Assembly (NCBI GenBank): GCA_963663165.1
Contig: OY760175.1
Coordinates: 384,001-448,000 of the forward strand
Direction of reading: 5' to 3'
Origin: an uncultured Desulfospira sp.
GTDB lineage: Bacteria > Desulfobacterota > Desulfobacteria > Desulfobacterales > Desulfobacteraceae
DNA: 64,000 nt
Below, in pieces: positions 1 through 9,447 of the stretch. The position numbers were made by a program, and so were the translations under genes. The notes under the pieces were generated by a model. It was not told the origin of the DNA. It saw nothing but the letters and a program-made list of their open reading frames with translations, and did no database searches. Numbering within the stretch: position 1 is the first letter of the stretch; each line of letters opens with the position of its first letter.

Positions 1-13
1 TTATGCTAGAATC

Positions 14-34
14 GAGGGCTTTGCCCTCTTTTTT
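14..34 (+). terminator. Rho-independent terminator of the upstream gene
   Basis: GAGGGC-TTT-GCCCTC hairpin followed by a T run. Confidence 0.6.
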
Positions 35-38
35 ATAT

Positions 39-118
39 TCTCACGCAAAGGCGCTAAGGCGCAAAGAATACCATTGCCCAAGGGGGTTTAAGCCTTGCGC
101 CTTAGCGCCTTAGCGAGA
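39..118. repeat. Imperfect palindromic intergenic repeat (CGCAAAGGCGCTAAGGCGCAA ... TTGCGCCTTAGCGCCTTAGCG)
   Basis: Inverted arms read directly; a partial arm (TGCGCCTTTGCG) recurs near 24037. Confidence 0.6.
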
Positions 119-184
119 GTTCGGTAGTCCAAATAACATGTTGTTTGTGATGGGTAAATCAAACGGGCTCACACGAACTATCGG

Positions 185-248
185 CTTGGGACTTGGGTAG
201 GCCGTGGATACGGCAATCCCAAAGTCCCATATCCCAAGTCCCAAATCC
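185..248. repeat. GGGACTT/AAGTCCC heptamer palindrome, also found inside the MITE copies at 27766 and 56420
   Basis: TTGGGACTTGGG-TAGGCCGTGGATACGGCAAT-CCCAAAGTCCCATATCCCAAGTCCC closely resembles 27855-27904. Confidence 0.75.
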
Positions 249-348
249 ATTATATTGGAGATCAAATGGATCATTACAAATGCGGTTCCTCTGAAAAAGA
301 CAACGAAAAGTCTTGACATCCGTACGATATGCCCCTTAATAAAGTCCC

Positions 349-1572
349 ATGGAAAAGAAAATCACCATACTGCTTGAAAAAGGCGTCCAAATTCCTAACC
401 CGGAATCGGTTTACATCGCAGATGACGTAAACCCGGACCGGATCAGCGGCACCAATGTCGCCATATACGGGGGCTCCAAGATCATGGGCCCCGATTCGCT
501 GATCATGGAAAATTCTACCATCGGTCTTGAAGCACCGGCCACCCTGGACAACACCCTGGTGGGGAAGAACTGCCGGCTTGCCGGGGGCTTTTTCCAGGGC
601 GCCGTGTTTGCCGGGGACAACGCCTATGGCTCCGGGGCCCATGTCCGGTCCGGCACCATTCTCGAAGAACAGGCCAATGCCGCCCACACGGTAGGGCTCA
701 AACAGACCCTGCTGTTTCCCTTTGTCACTCTGGGCAGCCTGATCAACTTTTGCGACTGTTTCATGGCCGGGGGCACGAGCAGAAAGGACCATTCGGAAGT
801 CGGGTCATCGTTCATCCATTTCAATTACACCCCCAACCAGGACAAGGCCACGGCCTCCATGATGGGCAATGTCCACCAGGGGGTCATGCTGGATCAGCCG
901 CCTATCTTCTTAGGGGGGCAGGGCGGACTTGTGGGCCCTCTAAGGATCGGATTCGGCTGCATCACGGCCGCAGGCTCAGTGGTGAGAAAAGATGAAGAAA
1001 AAAACAGCATGCTGATTCTCGGGGGAGGGATGAAATCCATATCCGTCCCCCGAAGCCCCATGGTCTACACCCAGATCAGCCGGATTTACAATAGAAACAT
1101 CCAATACATTGCCGGCCTTATTTCCCTGAAAGCCTGGTACGCCCATGTCCGGCCCTTGTTTATCAAAGATCCGCTTTACGGGGAACTGGTCAGGGGAATG
1201 CAACATAACCTGGCGGATCTGATAAAAGAAAGAATTTCCCGGCTTGGCAAATTTTGTCAGAATCTGGCCGGTTCTAAAGAAATTCTAACATCAGGCAAAA
1301 GAAATTCTAACCAGGCTGATCCTAGAATTGCCGATCATGACAAGGCCATTGAGGCCTTTAAAAAAGCAGAACCGGCCTTTGCTGCGGCCCTGGCAGCAGA
1401 CCCGGTAAACAAGGATGGAAAAGCCCTGATCTGTGCGGTTGAATCCGGCATCCACCAAACCGGCAACGACTATATTCAGGTGATCCAGGACCTGGGTCCC
1501 AGGGCAAAACAGGCCGGAACGCGGTGGCTGTATGAAATTGAAACCGGGATTACAGCGCAATTAATGATTTAG
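349..1572 (+). CDS. GlmU-related hexapeptide-repeat (left-handed beta-helix) protein without the N-terminal nucleotidyltransferase domain
   Basis: GVQIPNPESVYI, GSGAHVRSGTILEE, HTVGLKQT and EVGSSFIHFNY resemble the GlmU acetyltransferase half; directly upstream of glmM. Confidence 0.7.
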   Translation: MEKKITILLEKGVQIPNPESVYIADDVNPDRISGTNVAIYGGSKIMGPDSLIMENSTIGLEAPATLDNTLVGKNCRLAGGFFQGAVFAGDNAYGSGAHVRSGTILEEQANAAHTVGLKQTLLFPFVTLGSLINFCDCFMAGGTSRKDHSEVGSSFIHFNYTPNQDKATASMMGNVHQGVMLDQPPIFLGGQGGLVGPLRIGFGCITAAGSVVRKDEEKNSMLILGGGMKSISVPRSPMVYTQISRIYNRNIQYIAGLISLKAWYAHVRPLFIKDPLYGELVRGMQHNLADLIKERISRLGKFCQNLAGSKEILTSGKRNSNQADPRIADHDKAIEAFKKAEPAFAAALAADPVNKDGKALICAVESGIHQTGNDYIQVIQDLGPRAKQAGTRWLYEIETGITAQLMI

Positions 1573-1595
1573 GGCAGGGTTAAAAAGGAAAGTCA

Positions 1596-2960
1596 ATGAG
1601 CCAGCTTTTTGGAACAGACGGTATCAGGGGAAGGGCTAACTGCTACCCCATCACCTGTGATATTGCAATGAAAACCGGCCGGGCCGTTGGAGATTTTATC
1701 CTGCAGTCCGGGTTCAGCCGCCTTGTCATCGGCAAAGACACCCGGATATCAGGGGATATGCTCGAAGCCGGCATTGCCGCAGGAGCTGCATCGGCCGGGG
1801 TGGATGTGCTGCTGGCCGGGGTGATCCCCACCCCGGGCGTGGCTTTCCTGTGCACAAGCCTTGAAGGGGTCGGGGCCGGGGTGGTGATTTCTGCCTCCCA
1901 CAATCCCTACTATGACAACGGGATTAAAATCTTCGGGCAGGGCGGCATCAAACTCACCGATGACCAGGAAGAAAGCATTGAAGCGGCCATTTTAAGCCCG
2001 GCAGATCCCGTGGCAGACGTCCCGTCAGAAAAAATCGGCAAAATCCAGCCCCTGTCCGACAGCCTTGAGCAGTACGCCCATTTTCTTAAATCAAAATTTT
2101 CTTTCATGGTGTCCCCGGAAGGACCGGCATCCCAAAAACTCAACATTGTCCTGGATGCGTCCAACGGGGCAGCGTCCAAAATGGTTCACCTGGTGTTTTC
2201 CCCTGACCGGTTTGACGCCGCCATCATCCATGACGCCCCGGACGGCTATAACATCAATGACAACTGCGGGTCCCAGCACACCGGGGACCTTGAAAAAATG
2301 GTCATGGCAAAGGGGGCTGACATCGGCCTTGCCTTTGACGGCGACGCCGACCGGCTCATTGCCGTGGACGAAACCGGAACAACCATTTCAGGGGACCAGA
2401 TCCTGGCCATCTGCGCCAAATTCGCCAAAGAAAACAAGAAGTTGAAAAACAACATCCTGGTCAGCACCATCATGAGCAACGTGGGCCTGACCCGGGCCCT
2501 GGACGCCATGGACATTGTCCACCTCAAATCCGGTGTGGGCGACCGGAAGGTCCTGGAGGAAATGATCAAATCCCAGGCCGTGATTGGCGGCGAAGATTCC
2601 GGCCACATGATTTTTTTAGAAGAACATTCCACCGGAGACGGCATGCTGTCCGCCTTAAAACTGATCGAGGTGATGCTTTACACCCGACAGTCCTTGTCCG
2701 AGCTTGCCAGGGTCATGCAGGTCTTCCCCCAGGTGCTGATTAACGTGGAAGTGGACGCCTCACGCCCCGATTTCATGCAGATCCCCCCCATTGCCGAAAC
2801 CATCCAACAGGTGGAATCCGAACTCGGCGACCAGGGCCGTGTTCTGATCCGGTATTCCGGCACCCAGCCCCTGCTCCGGGTCATGGTGGAAGGCCCGGAC
2901 CAGGCCCGGACCCAGGCCCTGTGTGAAAAAATCTGCGCGGCCATCCGGGCGCATATCTGA
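1596..2960 (+). CDS. glmM: Phosphoglucosamine mutase
   Basis: FGTDGIRG, GKDTRISG, ISASHNP, DGDADR, GGEDSGH and RYSGTQPLLRVMVE motifs. Confidence 0.95.
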   Translation: MSQLFGTDGIRGRANCYPITCDIAMKTGRAVGDFILQSGFSRLVIGKDTRISGDMLEAGIAAGAASAGVDVLLAGVIPTPGVAFLCTSLEGVGAGVVISASHNPYYDNGIKIFGQGGIKLTDDQEESIEAAILSPADPVADVPSEKIGKIQPLSDSLEQYAHFLKSKFSFMVSPEGPASQKLNIVLDASNGAASKMVHLVFSPDRFDAAIIHDAPDGYNINDNCGSQHTGDLEKMVMAKGADIGLAFDGDADRLIAVDETGTTISGDQILAICAKFAKENKKLKNNILVSTIMSNVGLTRALDAMDIVHLKSGVGDRKVLEEMIKSQAVIGGEDSGHMIFLEEHSTGDGMLSALKLIEVMLYTRQSLSELARVMQVFPQVLINVEVDASRPDFMQIPPIAETIQQVESELGDQGRVLIRYSGTQPLLRVMVEGPDQARTQALCEKICAAIRAHI

Positions 2961-2984
2961 ATAAGCTGTGGGATCCAACTGAAT

Positions 2985-3203
2985 CTATATGTTCAGCCGT
3001 TCTCTTATTCAGGCCGGTTCCCGGCGGCAGTCAACAATAGCATAAATTTTTATTTCTTCTTTTGAAACGTTATAATAAACGGCAAAGGGGAATCGTTCAG
3101 ATAATTGAGGAACCGGTATCTGATTTTGATTTCTGCAAAGATCCCGCCATAATTCTTCCATTACTTGAAGTTTTTCTTTTACAGTCGTTTTTTCTATTGC
3201 AGG
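2985..3203 (-). pseudogene. Degraded TA remnant: addiction-module antitoxin N-terminus fused to a ParE/RelE toxin C-terminus
   Basis: KEKLQVMEELWRDL...IPVPQ (antitoxin-like) joins LSERFPFAVYY...IYAIVDCRREPA*IRERL (ParE-like tail interrupted by TGA at 3009-3011). Confidence 0.65.
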
Positions 3204-3237
3204 CGTCGGCATAGCATACACCTATACGGCATCCTCA

Positions 3238-3270
3238 GTTTCAATCCACGCCCCCGTGGGAGGGGGCGAC
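3238..3270 (-). CRISPR. Solitary type I-C-like CRISPR repeat (GTCGCCCCCTCCCACGGGGGCGTGGATTGAAAC)
   Basis: Matches the GTCGC-hairpin-GCGTGGATTGAAAC pattern of I-C repeats; differs from the local array repeat; no second copy seen. Confidence 0.8.
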
Positions 3271-3308
3271 AGGAACGTATCATACTGTTCGCATATCAAA
3301 AAACTCGC

Positions 3309-3341
3309 TTGACCATCACCTAATATGGTTATAATATAACC
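3309..3341 (+). promoter_or_regulatory. TA promoter (TTGACC ... TATAAT) overlapped by the palindromic operator GGTTATA-A-TATAACC
   Basis: Perfect 7-bp inverted repeat at 3327-3341 covers the -10 box, just upstream of ATG 3344; no SD visible, so probably leaderless. Confidence 0.6.
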
Positions 3342-3343
3342 TT

Positions 3344-3610
3344 ATGAAATATGAGGTCAAAATAAAGAAGAAAATTCTTCGTGATTTAGAGAAACTGCCG
3401 CTATCTGTTAAAAAGTTGCTGTTTTTATTGATTGAAGACCTCAAAGAAGATGGACCGATACAAAAAAATTGGCATAACTTTTCTCCTTTAGGAAAAGAAA
3501 CATACCATTGTCATTTAAATTATCGGTATGTGGCTTGCTGGACCTTCCGACAAGGGGAAATCGAAATTGAGGTGTATTATGTTGGCTCTCGTGAAAAAGC
3601 CCCGTATTGA
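3344..3610 (+). CDS. RelE/HigB-family type II toxin
   Basis: 88-aa basic protein; YEVKIKKKILRDLEKLP ... YHCHL ... IEVYYVGSREKAPY; precedes an XRE gene. Confidence 0.8.
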   Translation: MKYEVKIKKKILRDLEKLPLSVKKLLFLLIEDLKEDGPIQKNWHNFSPLGKETYHCHLNYRYVACWTFRQGEIEIEVYYVGSREKAPY

Positions 3611-3935
3611 AATTTCCCTTCAAGGAGAGAATGTTAATGAACTCATTGAATGGATAAGCAAAAAATACGAAGTGAATATTCTTGCCTCTGATCAGGAAGA
3701 GAGTATCGCTGTTGAAGAGACTAATTTCTGGCAAGAAATGCAATCGAACAGGATAGGCAATCTTCTTTCTGCTGCCCGGCTTAAAGCGAATTTGTCGCAA
3801 TCTCAACTGGCTGAAAAACTTGGGATACGTCAAAACATGATAAGTGATTATGAAAGAGGTAAACGTCGTCTAACACCTGACATGGCAAAACGGATTGCAC
3901 GGACTCTAAATATTAAAGTTGAAAGAATATATTAA
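3579..3935 (+). CDS. HigA-like XRE HTH antitoxin
   Basis: LSQSQLAEKLGIRQNMISDYERGKR HTH; GAGGTG SD before ATG 3579; overlaps the toxin 3' end. Confidence 0.85.
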   Translation: MLALVKKPRIEISLQGENVNELIEWISKKYEVNILASDQEESIAVEETNFWQEMQSNRIGNLLSAARLKANLSQSQLAEKLGIRQNMISDYERGKRRLTPDMAKRIARTLNIKVERIY

Positions 3936-4188
3936 TGCGGACAAGCCACTCCAGCCGACCCGGGGGGCTATCGACTTTTTGAAAGACCCTGGTTTATGAA
4001 AAAAATTGGCTTTTAGAACGCGCTCGGCAATTTGTCCCCGGTCGGTTGAGCTTATCGTTATAGTGCGACACGAGGTCGCGCTATTGGCTGTTTGGCGGGC
4101 CTGTCAGCCCTGACCAAACCCGGCATTCTCCTGCCGGCACCCTATGTGGCATGATGAGAGATCATTCGGGAACTTTAGCTGTGTCGGT

Positions 4189-7100
4189 GTTTCAATCCTT
4201 GTTGTGATGGATCAGTTTCCGGAGGCCAACGCCGGCTACGTGGCCGTTAGCATTCATTTGGTTTCAATCCTTGTTGTGATGGATCAGTTTCCGGAGGAGA
4301 TATATCTTTCTGGTCAAACACCTATCAAATAAGTTTCAATCCTTGTTGTGATGGATCAGTTTCCGGAGGCATAGAACTTGTTTGCAAGGGAATGGATCCC
4401 GATACCTGTTTCAATCCTTGTTGTGATGGATCAGTTTCCGGAGGCAGGCACATAATAAAGGATGCCTGGTACAGATAAGGTTTCAATCCTTGTTGTGATG
4501 GATCAGTTTCCGGAGGAAGGCTGGATTATGGACTGGCAAGCATTAGATAAGGTTTCAATCCTTGTTGTGATGGATCAGTTTCCGGAGGATGAAATGGAAG
4601 AGATGAAAATCAAATATGTTGGCAAGTTTCAATCCTTGTTGTGATGGATCAGTTTCCGGAGGCCGGTATTCTCTACGGTTGCACAATGCACTTGTTCAGT
4701 TTCAATCCTTGTTGTGATGGATCAGTTTCCGGAGGTGGAGAATTGTCCTTCTCCACGGTTGTTTCCTCAAGGTTTCAATCCTTGTTGTGATGGATCAGTT
4801 TCCGGAGGAGACGATGACCTTGACGCCCAATTGGGAGATGGAACGTTTCAATCCTTGTTGTGATGGATCAGTTTCCGGAGGTGGAGAGAGTCCAGACGAT
4901 GGAAGGCTTTCCATATGTTTCAATCCTTGTTGTGATGGATCAGTTTCCGGAGGAGCGCCAATGTCAGGGATGGCGACAAGCTGGTCAAGTTTCAATCCTT
5001 GTTGTGATGGATCAGTTTCCGGAGGTATGTGCGGCGAGAGGACTGGATCATGAGTTTTGGTTTCAATCCTTGTTGTGATGGATCAGTTTCCGGAGGTGAC
5101 CGCAGGATTTATCCATGACTGCTCCACCTGGGGTTTCAATCCTTGTTGTGATGGATCAGTTTCCGGAGGCCGGAGAAAGTGGAGGTCAACCTCCTGCCGG
5201 CCGGGTTTCAATCCTTGTTGTGATGGATCAGTTTCCGGAGGCGCATCACCGCTCAACTCATAGGTAATGGAATCCAAGTTTCAATCCTTGTTGTGATGGA
5301 TCAGTTTCCGGAGGTTGGCGGTTTTATCCTTCAGGCACCAACAATAGTGATGTTTCAATCCTTGTTGTGATGGATCAGTTTCCGGAGGGCAGATCCGGGA
5401 GTGAATCTAATCGGTACCGCAACGGTTTCAATCCTTGTTGTGATGGATCAGTTTCCGGAGGACTGGCAAGCCCCGCCGAAAACTGGTTCCCGAAATGTTT
5501 CAATCCTTGTTGTGATGGATCAGTTTCCGGAGGTGTTGTGTCTGCTGGTTTAACTGCGGTTGGTAGAAGGTTTCAATCCTTGTTGTGATGGATCAGTTTC
5601 CGGAGGCGAGATTACGGGTTATGTGGCTGATACTCGTCCTGGAGTTTCAATCCTTGTTGTGATGGATCAGTTTCCGGAGGCGATTGTATAAATAAGGAAT
5701 AAGTGTTTTCGATTTTGTTTCAATCCTTGTTGTGATGGATCAGTTTCCGGAGGTATCTTTGAGACCGGGCTTAAGCATGCGTTTTCCGGTTTCAATCCTT
5801 GTTGTGATGGATCAGTTTCCGGAGGGATCATAAGGCGGCCCGGATAATCCAGGCATGCAAAGGTTTCAATCCTTGTTGTGATGGATCAGTTTCCGGAGGC
5901 TAATCGTGATCCGCCCAGATATGACCGGCTTTTGTGTTTCAATCCTTGTTGTGATGGATCAGTTTCCGGAGGGGTGGATGGTGGCCCCGGTGCTGTACCC
6001 CTCACAAAGTTTCAATCCTTGTTGTGATGGATCAGTTTCCGGAGGTCTTTTTCTTAGGGGAAAAATGGCTGGAGTGGGCCAAGTTTCAATCCTTGTTGTG
6101 ATGGATCAGTTTCCGGAGGGAGCCGGGCGTCCATCTTATGGAATTGGTTGAACGGGTTTCAATCCTTGTTGTGATGGATCAGTTTCCGGAGGTGATGTCC
6201 GGGTCGCCATGGAATCCGGCAGGATGGGGTTTCAATCCTTGTTGTGATGGATCAGTTTCCGGAGGCTGAAGAGAAGGGGATTCCCAAACCCCTTAGACGG
6301 GGGTTTCAATCCTTGTTGTGATGGATCAGTTTCCGGAGGGCCCCGTTTGCCAGCCAGGCCCTGGCCGATCAGGGGGGTTTCAATCCTTGTTGTGATGGAT
6401 CAGTTTCCGGAGGCAGCAGCCAGCTGGACGGCAACCAGGTTCTGCTGGAGTTTCAATCCTTGTTGTGATGGATCAGTTTCCGGAGGACCTGCCTTCAATC
6501 AACATGCGGCGGATGAAAGAAAGTTTCAATCCTTGTTGTGATGGATCAGTTTCCGGAGGAAAGATATCCAGATCATCCCTGTTGGAGACTTCTCAAGTTT
6601 CAATCCTTGTTGTGATGGATCAGTTTCCGGAGGTCTATACGGCATTGCCGTATGATTTTATCATGTTCAAGTTTCAATCCTTGTTGTGATGGATCAGTTT
6701 CCGGAGGTGAATCTGGCATTATGAACCAACGAACTTTTATGGCGTTTCAATCCTTGTTGTGATGGATCAGTTTCCGGAGGTGGGGCCTTGCATACGGAAA
6801 CCTCCCGCACAAAAGGGTTTCAATCCTTGTTGTGATGGATCAGTTTCCGGAGGCATCCTATGAATTCAGGTATTGTTCAATGGCCCGGAGTTTCAATCCT
6901 TGTTGTGATGGATCAGTTTCCGGAGGGCGCCGGGCATGAGCATGACGGCGATGCATTGATCGAGTTTCAATCCTTGTTGTGATGGATCAGTTTCCGGAGG
7001 CGGTTCAACAGTTTCAGCTCCCGCCAGACCCTCAGAGTTTCAATCCTTGTTGTGATGGATCAGTTTCCGGAGGGCCGTCGTAGCACTCCGTTGTCAGCCC

Positions 7101-8680
7101 GGCGTCCAGGTTTCAATCCTTGTTGTGATGGATCAGTTTCCGGAGGCGGGTATGCCAGGTATGCCCCTCTTTGTACTGATCTTGTTTCAATCCTTGTTGT
7201 GATGGATCAGTTTCCGGAGGCCGCTGCATGAGCCGGTCATAGTCCTGCCGGGGAAGTTTCAATCCTTGTTGTGATGGATCAGTTTCCGGAGGAGGATGAG
7301 TAAGAATGTTCCAAGAGTATTGGGAAAAGTTTCAATCCTTGTTGTGATGGATCAGTTTCCGGAGGCTCAACCACCTTTGCCCGCCCGTTATACGGTTTGG
7401 GTTTCAATCCTTGTTGTGATGGATCAGTTTCCGGAGGCCATTTCGCCACGGGCAGGGGAAATAGCTTTAATGGAGTTTCAATCCTTGTTGTGATGGATCA
7501 GTTTCCGGAGGGGGAAATTCCCTGCTCAAGCTGCACCTGTGCAATATGTTTCAATCCTTGTTGTGATGGATCAGTTTCCGGAGGTAGTGTGACAGCCGAT
7601 ATTCATCAATTGATTCTTTATGTTTCAATCCTTGTTGTGATGGATCAGTTTCCGGAGGTTGATCCGCTGGCGGCGTCAAGCTGGTATGTGTACTTGTTTC
7701 AATCCTTGTTGTGATGGATCAGTTTCCGGAGGCAGCAATGTCGGTGACACCCTAAAAACACCCAAAAAGTTTCAATTCTTGTTGTGATGGATCAGTTTCC
7801 GGAGGACAGGGTAAAATCCTTTCGTATGCCCGTTGAATCGAGTTTCAATCCTTGTTGTGATGGATCAGTTTCCGGAGGCCAAGGCGCTTCTGGTGGTTCA
7901 TCAAGAGGTCATAGGTTTCAATCCTTGTTGTGATGGATCAGTTTCCGGAGGACCTGAAGAATACTTGTTTTTACACCTTAACTTGAAGTTTCAATCCTTG
8001 TTGTGATGGATCAGTTTCCGGAGGTTGTCAACCGCCTTGTTTATCTCAGGGGTTTGGGCCAGTTTCAATCCTTGTTGTGATGGATCAGTTTCCGGAGGCA
8101 ACACAATAGTGAGGAGTAGGTTTCTATGCGGATGTTTCAATCCTTGTTGTGATGGATCAGTTTCCGGAGGATTATAACGGAAAAAGAGGTCGAGGCATTG
8201 GAAATTGTTTCAATCCTTGTTGTGATGGATCAGTTTCCGGAGGACATGATACACCAAGCTCAACGCCGTCTACCCTGAGTTTCAATCCTTGTTGTGATGG
8301 ATCAGTTTCCGGAGGTGCCTGGCAAGTGATTGAATCTTTGCCGGTAGAAATAGTTTCAATCCTTGTTGTGATGGATCAGTTTCCGGAGGGCCACAGAAAG
8401 GAGAAATACCATGAAAACAGCATTCAGTTTCAATCCTTGTTGTGATGGATCAGTTTCCGGAGGAATATCCGTCAGGTCTTGATGATAGATGTCCAGCGGT
8501 TTCAATCCTTGTTGTGATGGATCAGTTTCCGGAGGAGGGGGTCTTTACCATTAAGTGAGATTGTTAATTACGGTTTCAATCCTTGTTGTGATGGATCAGT
8601 TTCCGGAGGTCCAATGGATACTATATTCAAACCATGACCATGAGTTTCAATCCTTGTTGTGATGGATCAGTTTCCGGAGG
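4189..8680 (-). CRISPR. CRISPR array: 62 repeats of 37 bp (CCTCCGGAAACTGATCCATCACAACAAGGATTGAAAC on the minus strand) and 61 spacers of about 34-38 bp
   Basis: Manual count, about 73-bp period; the ATTGAAAC 3' handle and the AT-rich leader on the right give minus orientation; one variant repeat at 7769. Confidence 0.98.
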
Positions 8681-8836
8681 AGCATTTTGTCATTATCCAA
8701 TTTAATAAAAACAAGTTAAACGAATTTTCAAAGAACAATATAACTAATGGGTGGAAAAATCTCATCTCTTTTATTTGATTTTTTTTGTCGTAAAGTAGGG
8801 GTAATGGGTTTTTTTCATAAAAAATTCTAATTTAAT
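8681..8836 (-). promoter_or_regulatory. CRISPR leader
   Basis: AT-rich non-coding stretch between the cas4 stop and the first repeat. Confidence 0.8.
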
Positions 8837-9439
8837 TTATCTTTCGCAAATATTTTTATAGCAACAATCAATACATCTTGTTTTATATGCAGTCCCTTTT
8901 GGGTATCGACAATTGGTAATTGTTTGATGCATATTAAAAATTATCTGGTCAAATTGTTTGAAATCTTTAATTGACAGGTTGACTTCGATTAATTTGTTTT
9001 TGCTTCTTGTGAATACCAAAAATCCTTGATTAACATTAGTGTCATAATTTTCGATAATTAACTTTGCGTAGAATACAAGTTGAAATCGGTGGGTCATGAA
9101 TAATCGGTTTTTGAATTTCGCGTATTTGAAATCTAATGGGGCCGCTGTGTGGTCTGAAAAAAATAATATTTCATCAACAACTCCACGAAGGCCCGATTTT
9201 GTAGACAGATAAACATTATTGCGTTTTTCAACCACATTAAGCTTTTTTCTTAGATATTGCCGGTTTGTTTTAATCGCAGATTCATGTATAGATCTTCCTT
9301 TCATTACTTTGAATCTTTTTTCCTGTCGTTCTGGTATATCGAGAACATACTCAAAATATGTAAATCGGGGACAATACAAGTATTCTAAGAGGTGGGTTGC
9401 GGTAAAATTGCAAGTGGCATTCATGTCTTTAACTTTCAA
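8837..9439 (-). CDS. cas4: CRISPR-associated exonuclease Cas4
   Basis: YCPR, G-x-x-x-H, GVVD, PLDFK, QLVFYA and C-terminal CIDCCYKNIC Fe-S cysteines; exact start uncertain. Confidence 0.93.
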   Translation of the reverse strand: MKVKDMNATCNFTATHLLEYLYCPRFTYFEYVLDIPERQEKRFKVMKGRSIHESAIKTNRQYLRKKLNVVEKRNNVYLSTKSGLRGVVDEILFFSDHTAAPLDFKYAKFKNRLFMTHRFQLVFYAKLIIENYDTNVNQGFLVFTRSKNKLIEVNLSIKDFKQFDQIIFNMHQTITNCRYPKGTAYKTRCIDCCYKNICER

Positions 9440-9447
9440 GATGTTCT

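Larger units (their letters stand above)
3288..4063 (+). mobile_element. Putative integron gene cassette carrying the TA pair, with a terminal attC-like site (3936-4063)
   Basis: R'' TGCGGAC, L'' CTCCAGCCGACC ... L' GGTCGGTTGAG, R' GTTATAG; the proposed cassette start GTTCGCAT (3287) is complementary to R'' ATGCGGAC with one mismatch. Confidence 0.6.

Noticed and set aside
116..180. Possible riboswitch upstream of the glmU-like gene
   Set aside because: Only a short AGTTCG/CGAACT pairing; no family consensus recognised
4064..4188. Possible degenerate terminal repeat or tracr-like element at the array trailer
   Set aside because: No similarity to the repeat at the expected offset; only generic small hairpins
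8171..8206. Spacer resemblance to 52291 (TATAACGGAAAA)
   Set aside because: A match of about 12 nt is compatible with chance; not evidence of self-targeting
4144..8445. Many short ORFs containing VSILVVMDQFPE or FNPCCDGSVSGG
   Set aside because: They are translations of the CRISPR repeats, not genes
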